A stretch of DNA of 64,000 bases from an uncultured bacterium (GCA_945935525.1 CAMERI010000006.1:4194-68193); one strand, 5' to 3'. Positions 40,324 through 51,100 are shown, numbered from the stretch's first letter. The notes: generated from the letters alone by a model not told the origin. Numbers and translations: made by a program.

Positions 40324-41895
40324 TTAATTATAACTCCTTACTTCTTTAAATGCTCTTATTAAGCTTGTTCTTCCATCAAATACTTTAGCATTCGTAAGAT
40401 TAGCTATATTAGTAAGTTCTGTTTCATCACTAGCTCCAAACATAATGCTATATATTGGAATTTTTTCATCTAATATTTGATAATAATTAACTAAACTAGT
40501 ATAACTTCCTGTATTAGATAATCCATCTGTCATAAGTATTACTGATTTTGTATAATCATCATTATATTTTTTTAATTCTTTAAGTGCTTCTACTGAACAT
40601 CCATATATATTAGTTCCACCTGTAGGTCTTGCACTACTTATTTTAGTTATTAATTCTGAAGTATCATTTCCTTTAGAATACCATGTACTTCTATTTGAAG
40701 TATCAAAAGGAATAACTATTATATTATCATTCTTTGAAAATTGTAATCTTTCAGTACTAGCTTTTTCACTATCTAATATAAATTCCATAGCATCTTTAAG
40801 TTGTGTAACTCCATTACCTGACATACTACCAGAATAATCTAAACAAAATGCTACAGCAGCAGGTTTTCTAAGTTCAGCTATGTAAAGACCAATTGCTTCA
40901 TTCATAACCTTTTTAGAAGGATATTTAAGAGGTATTAAGTATTTATTAGTATCAATACCATAAGAAGTCTTAAATACATCTTTATCAGCATTAGAATTAG
41001 TTCCACCATACCAAGTTCTCTTACCAAGTTTTTCTAAATCCTTTTGAGTATCTAAACTTAATAAATATGATTGTAATATATTAAACTTATCTAACTTCTC
41101 TTGACCTCTATCAACATAAGCAAATGGACTATCATTAATAGCAACACCATCAGTAGGATATAATAAATATAATGTATCTTTTCCACTACTTTCAAGTTGT
41201 TTATTAATTCTTATCAAAGATGACTCAGTAGCTATAACAGCTTCATAATCATTACTTTTTAAAAACATATCTTCTAAGAATGAAGTACTTCCAGATACTC
41301 TTTCTACTCCACTAAATAGTGATTTTAAATTAGATATTAATGTTTCATCTTTAATCATCTCACTAGTTAATATTTCAGGACTACCAGCAAGTGAATTTAA
41401 GAATCCTAAATAAGCTGTAAGACCAGTATTAGTCTTAGTAACAGAATTCATTACATATTTAAGTTTCTTACTCTTAACAGCATTTAAAATATCACTATTT
41501 TTAATTTCATTATTAACAAAACCTAATTCTTGAGCCTTACTTTTCTTAACACCCATAACTACTGGATTAATACTAATAGATTTTGAATTAGTTACTTTAA
41601 CACCATTAAGCATATATAACCATATTGAATTACTTAACCATACCGCATCATACTTACTACTATCTTCTTCTAAAATATCTAATGCTTCTAAATCATCAGC
41701 ATACTCTATATAAACACTTATGTGTTCTTTATCACCATAACTAATTAATTCATCCATAAAATCCTTATTATCTGGGTTAGATAAAATATAAAAACTTCTC
41801 TTACCACCCTCAGAATATTCATCAAGAACAAAAGTCTTAACACATATAATTGCAAATATCATACCAACTACTACAATTAAAATTTTTTCTTTCAT
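40324..41895 (-). CDS. membrane-anchored protein with an N-terminal PBP-like domain and a C-terminal vWA domain
   Basis: MIDAS 'CLDYSGSMSG' and downstream 'TGGTNIY', 'MTDGLSN'. N-terminal TM. Confidence 0.55.
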   Translation of the reverse strand: MKEKILIVVVGMIFAIICVKTFVLDEYSEGGKRSFYILSNPDNKDFMDELISYGDKEHISVYIEYADDLEALDILEEDSSKYDAVWLSNSIWLYMLNGVKVTNSKSISINPVVMGVKKSKAQELGFVNNEIKNSDILNAVKSKKLKYVMNSVTKTNTGLTAYLGFLNSLAGSPEILTSEMIKDETLISNLKSLFSGVERVSGSTSFLEDMFLKSNDYEAVIATESSLIRINKQLESSGKDTLYLLYPTDGVAINDSPFAYVDRGQEKLDKFNILQSYLLSLDTQKDLEKLGKRTWYGGTNSNADKDVFKTSYGIDTNKYLIPLKYPSKKVMNEAIGLYIAELRKPAAVAFCLDYSGSMSGNGVTQLKDAMEFILDSEKASTERLQFSKNDNIIVIPFDTSNRSTWYSKGNDTSELITKISSARPTGGTNIYGCSVEALKELKKYNDDYTKSVILMTDGLSNTGSYTSLVNYYQILDEKIPIYSIMFGASDETELTNIANLTNAKVFDGRTSLIRAFKEVRSYN

Positions 41896-41951
41896 AAATC
41901 CAACACCTTATCTTCTTAAATTAGTATATCATAATAATTTTTATAAGTAAA

Positions 41952-42158
41952 TTATAGAACCTCTGGTTGTAAAACATTAGTAAAAAAGTTATATTCTATA
42001 TTATATGTTTTAGACCCATCTTTATATTTAAATAACACTCTATAATAATCAGTATCTTTTATATAAGAATATATATTTTTACCAAACTTTCCTTTATATA
42101 CTACTTGATTATATTTACCACAACTTATACCAGTCTTTCCATCCTGTTCTAATAACAT
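41952..42158 (-). CDS. small hypothetical protein (68 aa)
   Basis: ORF only. Confidence 0.2.
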   Translation of the reverse strand: MLLEQDGKTGISCGKYNQVVYKGKFGKNIYSYIKDTDYYRVLFKYKDGSKTYNIEYNFFTNVLQPEVL

Positions 42159-42351
42159 TTTTAATGTTTATTACAAAGTATGTAATAATTTAATACACTT
42201 TCTTCTTAAAATCAGTTACTTCATTATCACAACTATTAACAGATTTATTTTTATAACATTTATATACTTCTAAAGATTTATTTAATTCTTTAAGTGCTTC
42301 TTTTTGTGCTTTCTCATCCATACTCTTCCTACCTTAAATACATTCTACCAT

Positions 42352-42381
42352 AAAAAAAGATTATTGAATATCAATAATCTA
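42352..42381 (-). terminator. rho-independent terminator of ffh (hairpin includes the stop codon)
   Basis: AGATTATTGA-ATA-TCAATAATCT perfect 10-bp stem followed by U7 on the minus strand. Confidence 0.55.
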
Positions 42382-43674
42382 AAATTTCATATTTTTCATT
42401 TGTTTCATCATTTGTTTCATTTGATCAAATTGTTTAAGTAAACGATTTACATCTTCTACTTTTTGTCCACATCCTTTAGCTATTCTAACTTTTCTTTCAG
42501 CTTTTATTATATCTGGATTACGTCTTTCTTCAGGTGTCATAGAAAGAACTATTGCTTCAGTTCTAGCCATTATTTTAGGATCTATATTTACTTTATTAAG
42601 TCCCATTTTAGACGCTCCTGGAAGTAACTTTAATAAGTTTTCAAGTGGGCCAAGTTTCTTAATTTGTTTAGTTGTTTTTAAGAAGTCTTCAAGATCAAAT
42701 TTACCTCTTTGCATCTTTTTAGCAGTACTCATCATCTCATCTTGATCAAGTTCAGCTTCAGTCTTCTCTATTATTGAAAGTAAATCTCCCATACCAAGAA
42801 TTCTATCAGCTATACGTTCAGGATAAAATTCACTTATACCATCTAATTTTTCAGAGTCTCCAATTAATTTAATTGGTATATTAGTAAGGTGTCTAAGTGA
42901 TAAAGCAACACCACCTTTAGTGTCTCCATCCATCTTAGTAAGAACACAACCAGTAAGTTTAAGTTTCTCATTAAATCCAGTAATTACATTAATAGCATCT
43001 TGTCCCATCATAGCATCTATTACAAGTAACTCTTCATTTGGTTTAACTTCGCTTTCTATATTAACAAGTTCATCCATTAATGCTTCATCTATTTGAAGAC
43101 GTCCAGCTGTATCTATTAATATATAATCGTATCCTTTACTTTTAGCATACTCTATACCACGTTTAGATATTTCAACTGGATTTCCTTTTCCTTCTTCATA
43201 AACTTCAATATTAAGTTGCTTTCCAATATCTTTTAATTGATCTATAGCGGCAGGTCTATATACATCACATGCAATAAACATAGGTTTCTTATGATGTTTC
43301 TTACGTACCATATTTCCTATCTTACCTATAGTAGTAGTTTTACCTCCACCTTGAAGACCCACAACCATAACTATAGTTGGATTCTTATTTACTTCTAAAG
43401 GAGCACTATCTCCTCCAAGAAGATTAACAAGTTCATCTTTTAAGATCTTAACAAACATATCTCCTGGTTTAATACTTTTTCTTACTTCTTCACCAAGAGC
43501 TTTCTCTTTAACACTATCTATAAATTCACGAACTATTTTAACATTAACATCAGCTTCTAATAAACAAAGTCTAATCTCACGAGTTATATCACTAATATTA
43601 TCTTCATTTATTACACCTTTAGATTTAATATTACTAACTACTTTTTGTAATCTTTCACTCAAGTTTTCAAACAT
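42379..43674 (-). CDS. ffh: signal recognition particle protein Ffh
   Basis: 'MFENLSERLQ' N-terminus, 'GLQGGGKTTT' P-loop, Met-rich C-terminal M domain. Confidence 0.9.
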   Translation of the reverse strand: MFENLSERLQKVVSNIKSKGVINEDNISDITREIRLCLLEADVNVKIVREFIDSVKEKALGEEVRKSIKPGDMFVKILKDELVNLLGGDSAPLEVNKNPTIVMVVGLQGGGKTTTIGKIGNMVRKKHHKKPMFIACDVYRPAAIDQLKDIGKQLNIEVYEEGKGNPVEISKRGIEYAKSKGYDYILIDTAGRLQIDEALMDELVNIESEVKPNEELLVIDAMMGQDAINVITGFNEKLKLTGCVLTKMDGDTKGGVALSLRHLTNIPIKLIGDSEKLDGISEFYPERIADRILGMGDLLSIIEKTEAELDQDEMMSTAKKMQRGKFDLEDFLKTTKQIKKLGPLENLLKLLPGASKMGLNKVNIDPKIMARTEAIVLSMTPEERRNPDIIKAERKVRIAKGCGQKVEDVNRLLKQFDQMKQMMKQMKNMKF

Positions 43675-43748
43675 AAAATCTATCCTCCTGTATAAATATT
43701 ATAACAAACATTACAATCTTTATAAAGAAAAATGTGCATTTAAGCACA

Positions 43749-45017
43749 CTATTTATTTCTTTTTATAATATCATTTCTATTTTCAATAAGTTTAATAATA
43801 TTATCAATTTCTTCATTACTGCTTTTATCATTAAGTTTACTTATTAATGAACTAATATTATCTTCAATGTCTTTTACTATTTCATTACTAACTGGATCAG
43901 AGTATTTAAGTTTATCAATTAATTTATTTTTATATTCACTATTTAATTTTGATATATTATTAATTTTGAATATCATTTCATCAATAAATTTAGTTTTATT
44001 TTTTGTATTAGTATCTAATTTTTTATTTCTTTTATTAATGAACATTATTGTTACTACTGCTGTAAAATATATTAAATTGCTAAATATTGTATAAGTTTGA
44101 ATACCACTTCCAAAAGTATGGCTATGATTGTTATTATAATTCGCATAGAATGTAATTCCTAAAAATATAAATGTTAAAACATATATAGGAGTGCTTACTG
44201 CTATTTCTTCAGGAGTTCTATCTTTAACAATAAGAATTACAATAGTTGTTAAAACAAATGCTACTACCGCAGAAACTACACAGTTTATATAATTGTTATG
44301 ATTCCATGGAGTAATAAAATTATCAGATATATTATTTATTGTATCAGGCAAATAAACTTCTTTATTATGACTGCCATCAAAACTTACTGATGTTACTTTC
44401 ATGCCATTAACAGTTGTTGGAATAATTAAAGCACCACCATTACCCTTATAATGAGTTAATTCAACATTTCCATCTTTAACATTATATTCAAATGGAAATT
44501 CAATATAATTAAAATCAACAACTTCTGAATCATTTAATATATTAACATTTAATTCATTATTATTTTTAAGTTCTTCGCAATATTTACCTCTATAACAATT
44601 GATAGTAATATTTTTAAAATTCTCTACTGGTAAATAGTTTATGTTATCTGAAATATATATATTTTTAACTTTATCATTTTTAAATGAATCACTTATTGAT
44701 GTTACTTTAACTCCATCATATTCATATGGAATAACTAATGTTTCACTTAATCCTTTATATTCAGTTATTTCTAAAGTATCATTAACTTTATTATATGAAA
44801 AACTTTCTATATTTTTTGTATATTTATCTTTTTCACTATCAGCAATCTTTTCATAATCAATTCCATTCTTTTTTGCATATTCAAGAACATAATCATTATT
44901 GCTAAATTTAATTTTAATATCTCCATAATATTTTTCATTAGTAAGTGAGAATATCAAAGCAAGTGTTATTATAAATGAAATTGCTATAAAAATTATCTTT
45001 TTCTTCATATTACTCAC
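43749..45017 (-). CDS. membrane protein: BspA-type LRR ectodomain, 3 TM, cytoplasmic coiled-coil tail
   Basis: Repeats 'LVIPYEYDGVKVTSISDSF' and 'LIIPTTVNGMKVTSVSFDG' (LRR_5-like). C-terminal K/N/E-rich coiled coil. Overlaps the upstream gene by 8 nt. Confidence 0.5.
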   Translation of the reverse strand: MSNMKKKIIFIAISFIITLALIFSLTNEKYYGDIKIKFSNNDYVLEYAKKNGIDYEKIADSEKDKYTKNIESFSYNKVNDTLEITEYKGLSETLVIPYEYDGVKVTSISDSFKNDKVKNIYISDNINYLPVENFKNITINCYRGKYCEELKNNNELNVNILNDSEVVDFNYIEFPFEYNVKDGNVELTHYKGNGGALIIPTTVNGMKVTSVSFDGSHNKEVYLPDTINNISDNFITPWNHNNYINCVVSAVVAFVLTTIVILIVKDRTPEEIAVSTPIYVLTFIFLGITFYANYNNNHSHTFGSGIQTYTIFSNLIYFTAVVTIMFINKRNKKLDTNTKNKTKFIDEMIFKINNISKLNSEYKNKLIDKLKYSDPVSNEIVKDIEDNISSLISKLNDKSSNEEIDNIIKLIENRNDIIKRNK

Positions 45018-46164
45018 CTACTTTCTTACCACAATATGGACAAAATACTGCATCATTTGGTAACTTTTTGCCACAAATACTACACACACTACCAGTCATA
45101 TTATTACCACATTTAATACAAAATTTAGTACCACTAGCATTTTCATATCCACAATTACTACATATTGTTGAATTATCATTTTTAGTAAAAGCACCAACTA
45201 CATTTTTATTAACTGTATCACTTACTTTTGATGAAACACTGCTCATAACGCCAAGTCCTACTCCCATATTAGTAAATTGACCAACTGCATTATTAGAAGC
45301 CATTTTATCAAGAACGTTATATTGTCTTTCATCTTGATAACTATATCCTTCAGTTTCTCTTTTATGTGCTTTTGCTTCACTATCAATAATTGTACTTTTA
45401 GCCTTAGTTTCTTCATCAATTAATGTTACTTTTTGTCTTAATTGAGCTTCTGCTACTGCGACACTTTGTTTAAAATATAATTCTTTAAATTCAAGATATT
45501 GCTTATCATCTTCAGGTTTCATAACAGTAGTTACAAAGAACTTTTCAAGTTCAATACCAAATTCTTCAAAATCGCTAGAAAGTAGATTTTTAAGTTCTTC
45601 ACTAAACTCATTTAAATGACTATCAATTTCAAATATACTTATTTCATTTTTATTAATAATTTTAGCAATATAAGATTTAACTTTAACAAGTATAAATGAG
45701 CTAAAGAATTCATCAATATTTTCCCCGTCAAAATTATCTTTAATACCAACTAATTTTAATAATAGTTTTCTTGAATCAACTACTTTAAATCTCATTTCTC
45801 CACAAGCACCTATTTGTATAGGAAACTTATATGTAGGTTCTAAAAATTCAATTTTACTACTAGTACCCCACCTTGATGATTTAATAGACTTATCTATAAA
45901 GTATACTTCACAATGAAATGGACTTTTACCACCTGTTGGTAAATTAATTAAATTTCTAAGTAGTGGTATGTTATTTGTTTCAAGGGTATATCTACCTGAA
46001 CCAAATAAATCTAATGCTTTTCCATCCTTATAAAGTATAGCTTCCTGTGATTCATGTACAATTAGTTGACTACTTGTATTAAAATCAGTTTTAGGATACT
46101 TCCATACAATATTTTCATCATCTTTCTCTTTCTTTATTATTTCAAATAAAGCCATAATATTCAC
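45010..46164 (-). CDS. YdjI-like SPFH/Band-7-family protein with two C-terminal zinc ribbons
   Basis: 'FHCEVYFIDKSIKSSRWGTSSKIEF' resembles the YdjI core. C-terminus 'CSNCGYEN...CIKCGNN...CSICGKK...CPYCGKK'. Confidence 0.5.
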   Translation of the reverse strand: MNIMALFEIIKKEKDDENIVWKYPKTDFNTSSQLIVHESQEAILYKDGKALDLFGSGRYTLETNNIPLLRNLINLPTGGKSPFHCEVYFIDKSIKSSRWGTSSKIEFLEPTYKFPIQIGACGEMRFKVVDSRKLLLKLVGIKDNFDGENIDEFFSSFILVKVKSYIAKIINKNEISIFEIDSHLNEFSEELKNLLSSDFEEFGIELEKFFVTTVMKPEDDKQYLEFKELYFKQSVAVAEAQLRQKVTLIDEETKAKSTIIDSEAKAHKRETEGYSYQDERQYNVLDKMASNNAVGQFTNMGVGLGVMSSVSSKVSDTVNKNVVGAFTKNDNSTICSNCGYENASGTKFCIKCGNNMTGSVCSICGKKLPNDAVFCPYCGKKVGE

Positions 46165-46179
46165 CTTTCCTTTTCTATA

Positions 46180-48015
46180 TTATTCCTTCTCTAATACTTC
46201 AACATAATCTTTATTATCAAATTTACCACATATCCAGCCATTAACTTTAAATCCTGTTTCTATATTATACCAGATTTCACATAATCCATCTGAACCATTT
46301 CTACTATCAAGAACATCATATATTTCATCTTTTCTAACAATTCCTTTTTCATAACTATAAACATCATCATCATTTCTTATATTAATATAATCAGCAATTA
46401 CTTTAATTTGATCTATTGATGTATTTCTATCATTTGATTGAGTAGGAAGTGGTGAAGTATTTATAATAACACTAATTATTCCTATTATAAATGTTAATAT
46501 GTAGAAGAATGTATTTAATATTTTTTTATCTTTTGGTATATAGTTTTCAGTAAACTCTTTATTGTTTTTTAATATTTCTTCTTTTTCTTCTTTAGTAACA
46601 ATAAGTGGTACTTCTTTAATTTCCCAAGAAGGCTTCATAAGTAATAGTGCAATATTAAGTAAAATTATAATATATGTAATAAATGTAGCTGCATTACCAA
46701 AGTTATGAAGTTTTAAAATAAATAATAATTCTAAAAACACATTAACTATATACATATATTTAGATATTTTATTTGATTTTCTACTAGCAAATCCTAGAAA
46801 AAATGCAATCGCAGTAATTATACCAACTAAGAATTGATATGAAAAAAAATTTTTATCTTCACTAGCTATACCAAAAGTTTCTCCTAAATAATTATAATAG
46901 CCACGGCCGCACAAACATATCATATATACAGCCATCATAGCAGATAACACAAATGTAATTACGATATATGAAGTTGAACACTTATTTCTTTTTTCTATAA
47001 CATCATATCTTTTAGATAATTCTTCTTGTTTTTCTCTTTCCTCTTCAAGCATCATTTGTTTGAATTTCTGATACATATCACTATCTATATCAGTAGATTT
47101 TTTATTAATGATTTTTCCTACTGCTGTAATTAAATCTTGCATAGAACCAACTTTATCTATGCATAGTGCTTGTAACATTGAAAACTCTTCTGGTAATTCA
47201 TAAGCATCCATCTTACTATAAACTGGAATCAATACTTTTTTCTTTTTATTTTTTATTAAGTCTAAGTATCTACTCCATTCATTTTTAACCCATACTGAAT
47301 TTAAATTATCAGCATTAGTGCCTACTACTAACATAATTTTTGAACTATTAAGTGCTGAAAAGATATATGGTTCATATTCTTCACCAAGTTTATCAGCAAG
47401 AGTAATTCTAGCAAAGAAAACTTTATAATTTAAATCAGTTAATTTATTATATATATCCTGAGCAATAACACTATCGGGAGTTCTATCTCCATTTTTATCT
47501 CCTTCTTTATAACAAATAAAGATATCATAATCTTCTTCATTATTAGAAATTTCAAGTGCTTTCTTTTGAATATTACTAATAGTTTTTGCTTCTTCTTTAT
47601 ATATTTTTAAAGCATCTCCATAGGCTTTGCTAATTATTATTTTATAATCAGGATCAGTTAAAACAGATTCATACTTTGTTCTATGACAAGTAATCATTTT
47701 CTTTTTAGTTTTTGGATCATCTACATATTCAACACCATATCTACAAAGTATTAGTCCCCAATGAGCTTCTAACTGATTTTCATCTATTTCAAGTATAGTT
47801 TCATATACACCATATGCTTTATCAAATTCATTTGATAGTCTTAAATTATTAGCCCTATTATATAAATTTAAAAGTTTTTCATTATCAACACTTGGTAGAG
47901 TCATAGTGCTTTTACAATATAAACATTTACCTATATTACTACCTTCAACTACTTCTATATCTCCACCACACATCTTACATTTAAAAACCATTGTTACTGC
48001 CTCCATGCTAAACAT
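46180..48015 (-). CDS. Zn-ribbon / TPR-like / TIR-domain / 4-TM / SH3b-like protein
   Basis: N-terminal 'CKMCGG...CLYCK'. TIR blocks 'YDIFICYKEGD', 'LTDLNYKVFFAR', 'IFSALNSSKIMLVVGT' and 'SVWVKNEWSRY'. Four hydrophobic helices. The C-terminal 'IWYNIETGFKVNGWICGKF' is SH3b-like. Confidence 0.6.
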   Translation of the reverse strand: MFSMEAVTMVFKCKMCGGDIEVVEGSNIGKCLYCKSTMTLPSVDNEKLLNLYNRANNLRLSNEFDKAYGVYETILEIDENQLEAHWGLILCRYGVEYVDDPKTKKKMITCHRTKYESVLTDPDYKIIISKAYGDALKIYKEEAKTISNIQKKALEISNNEEDYDIFICYKEGDKNGDRTPDSVIAQDIYNKLTDLNYKVFFARITLADKLGEEYEPYIFSALNSSKIMLVVGTNADNLNSVWVKNEWSRYLDLIKNKKKKVLIPVYSKMDAYELPEEFSMLQALCIDKVGSMQDLITAVGKIINKKSTDIDSDMYQKFKQMMLEEEREKQEELSKRYDVIEKRNKCSTSYIVITFVLSAMMAVYMICLCGRGYYNYLGETFGIASEDKNFFSYQFLVGIITAIAFFLGFASRKSNKISKYMYIVNVFLELLFILKLHNFGNAATFITYIIILLNIALLLMKPSWEIKEVPLIVTKEEKEEILKNNKEFTENYIPKDKKILNTFFYILTFIIGIISVIINTSPLPTQSNDRNTSIDQIKVIADYINIRNDDDVYSYEKGIVRKDEIYDVLDSRNGSDGLCEIWYNIETGFKVNGWICGKFDNKDYVEVLEKE

Positions 48016-48165
48016 ATTTTATCATAGATATATTTATACTTCAATTATAACCAAATAAATTTAGAAATAAAATATTTTTACATTAAAAAGAAAATAAAAT
48101 ACTTTTAGCTTATTCAGGTAATATCCAAAAATAGATTACAATTTTCATTAATAATTTATCGCATA

Positions 48166-48194
48166 ATAAAAAAGAAAACGCATTAAGCATTTTC
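48166..48194 (-). terminator. possible terminator at the rpoC 3' end
   Basis: Imperfect GAAAA(C/T)GC stem overlapping the stop codon, with a U-rich tail. Weak. Confidence 0.3.
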
Positions 48195-51100
48195 TTCTTC
48201 GTCACTTTCTTTTTCCACTTCAGCCATAGCACCTACAACTTCTTCATTTTTATCATCAGATAAGAATTTTTCTTCTAACACTTCAGCAGCATCATCATCT
48301 AAAAGTTCATTCTTTAAAATAACTTCAATATTATTGTATTGTTTAGCACCTGTACCAGCAGGAATTAATTTACCTAAGATAACGTTTTCTTTAAGTCCAT
48401 GTAACATATCCATCTTACCACGAGTAGCAGCATCTGTTAAGATTCTTGTAGTTTCTTGGAATGATGCAGCTGATAAGAATGAATCAGTTTCTAATGAAGC
48501 TTTAGTTATACCTAACATAATTGGTTTTCCAGTAGCTGGAACTCCACCTGATAGGATAACTGGTTTATTGATTTCAGCGAATTCTCTTAGAGGAACTGTA
48601 AGTCCTTCAATTAAGTTTGTATCTCCTGGATCAACAACTTTAATCTTAGTAATCATTCTTCTAACAACTGTTTCAACGTGTTTATCTGAAACATCAACAC
48701 CTTGACTCTTATAAACTTTTTGAATTTCTTTTAAGATGTATCCTTGTACTGTAGTTGGGTCAGTAACAGCAAGTAATTCTTTTGGAGAAATACTTCCTTC
48801 TGTTAATGGATCTCCAGCATTTACAACGTCACCCTTTTCAACTCTAAGTTTAGCATTGTATTGAGTAACATGTTCACGAGTTTCAACATCGTTAGTAATA
48901 TATATTTTAAATCTATTGTTCTTATCATCAGTAATCTTAGTAATCTTACCACTGATTTCAGCTATAGTAGCTTTAGCTTTAGGAATACGTGCTTCGAAAA
49001 GTTCTTCAACTCTTGGAAGACCTTGAGTGATATCTGCAGCTGATGCAACACCACCTGTATGGAATGTACGCATTGTTAATTGTGTACCTGGCTCACCTAT
49101 AGATTGAGCAGCCATAATACCAGTAGCTTCACCTACTTCTACTAAGTTACCAGTAGCAAGGTTAAGTCCATAACATTTTTGACATACACCATTAGTACAC
49201 TTACAAGTAAGTACACTTCTGATTTCCATTTTAGTAATTCCAGCTTTTTCTATCTTATCAGCAATCTTTTCAGTAATTAAAGCTCCTTTATCAACTAATA
49301 CTTCTTTAGTTTCAGGATTTAATACTTTTTGATTTGAGAAACGACCTGTTATTCTATCTTTAAAGCTTTCAATAACAGCTCCACTCTTTTCATCAGTGAA
49401 TGCTTCAACTTCAATACCTTGAATAGTTCCACAATCTTCTTCACGTACAATTATATCTTGTACTACATCAACTAAACGTCTTGTTAAGTAACCTGCATCT
49501 GCAGTCTTAAGAGCTGTATCGGCAGTTCCTTTTCTAGATCCGTGTGTTGATAAGAAGAATTCTTGAACGTCTAATCCTTCACGGAATGAAGCTAAGATTG
49601 GAATTTCTACTTGACCACCATCTGGTTTAGCCATAATACCACGCATACCAGCAAGTTGTCCTAATTGGTTTGCAGAACCTCTGGCTCCAGAGTTAATAAT
49701 CATAGATAATGGATTTTCTACATCTTGTTTTAGTAATTCACCTAATTTACCTTGAACATTATTTGTAGCATCTGTCCATAATTTAATAACTTTATTATGT
49801 CTTTCTTCATCAGTTATAAGACCACGTTTAAATTGCTTATTGATTTTTTCAATAGTTGCATTAGTTTCAGCTATAATAGTTTCTTTTTCATGGTTAACTG
49901 GTATATCAGAAAGTGAAATTGTTATACCAGATTTAGTACTATATTTAAATCCTAAATCCTTTAATTTATCTAAGAAAATTGATGTTTCAGTAGTTTTATA
50001 TCTCTTAAATATTTGAGCAATTATTTTTCCTAAATCTTTTTTAATTAAAGCAGGAATTAATGGTAATTTAGCAACTTCTTCTGGAAGATTCTTACCTTTT
50101 TCAATAAAGAATTTATCCGGAGTCATAACTTCGATATTTTCTTTACTACCTTCATTAATATAAGGATAAGTATCTGGGAATATTTCATTGAATATTATTT
50201 TACCAGCAGTTGTTACTATATATTTATCTTTTTGCTCATCTGTCCAAACTTTATGTTTAAATTCCTTAGTTGGAATACATACTCTAGTATGAAGAGTAAT
50301 ATCACGTCTTTCATAAGCCATTAATACTTCATTTGGATCTTTATAAGCTTTACCTTCATTAGGTTCACCAGCTAATTCTAATGTTAAATAATAGTTACCT
50401 AATACCATATCTTGAGATGGTGTAACGATTGGTTTTCCATCTTTAGGATCAAGAATGTTATTAGCACCTAACATTAATAATCTTGCTTCAGCTTGTGCTT
50501 CTTCGCTAATAGGAATATGAATAGCCATTTGATCACCATCGAAGTCAGCATTGAATCCACTACAAACTAGTGGGTGTAATCTTAATGCTTTACCACTAAC
50601 AAGAACTGGTTCAAATGCTTGAATAGAAAGTCTATGTAGTGTTGGAGCACGGTTTAATAATACTGGATGTTCACGAATAACATCTTCTACTACATCCCAT
50701 ACTCTTTCATCTTGCACATCTATTATCTTCTTAGCAGCTTTAATATTGTGAGCTATTCCTCTTTCAACTAATTGTTGCATAACATATGGTTTGAATAATT
50801 CAAGAGCCATATCTTTAGGTACACCACATTGATACATTTTAAGACTAGGTCCTACTACGATAACTGAACGACCACTATAGTCAACACGTTTACCTAATAG
50901 GTTTTGTCTAAATCTACCTTGTTTACCTTTTAACATTGATGATAATGACTTAAGTGGTCTATTTCCTACACCAGAAACACTTCTACCACGTCTTCCATTA
51001 TCAATTAAAGCATCTACTGCTTCTTGAAGCATACGTTTTTCATTTTGAACAATGATTGTTGGAGCTTCAAGTTCTAATAATTTTTTAAGACGATTATTTC

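Noticed and set aside
42188-42319. 43-aa minus-strand ORF (MDEKAQKEALKELNKSLEVYKCYKNKS…) upstream of ffh, where ylxM usually sits
   Set aside because: It shows no resemblance to YlxM, is short, and lacks a clear SD. Probably a chance ORF or gene remnant.
48334-49043. Plus-strand ORFs inside rpoC (48334-48705, 48861-49043, and 51580-51786)
   Set aside because: They are antisense to the highly conserved beta' gene and have no RBS.
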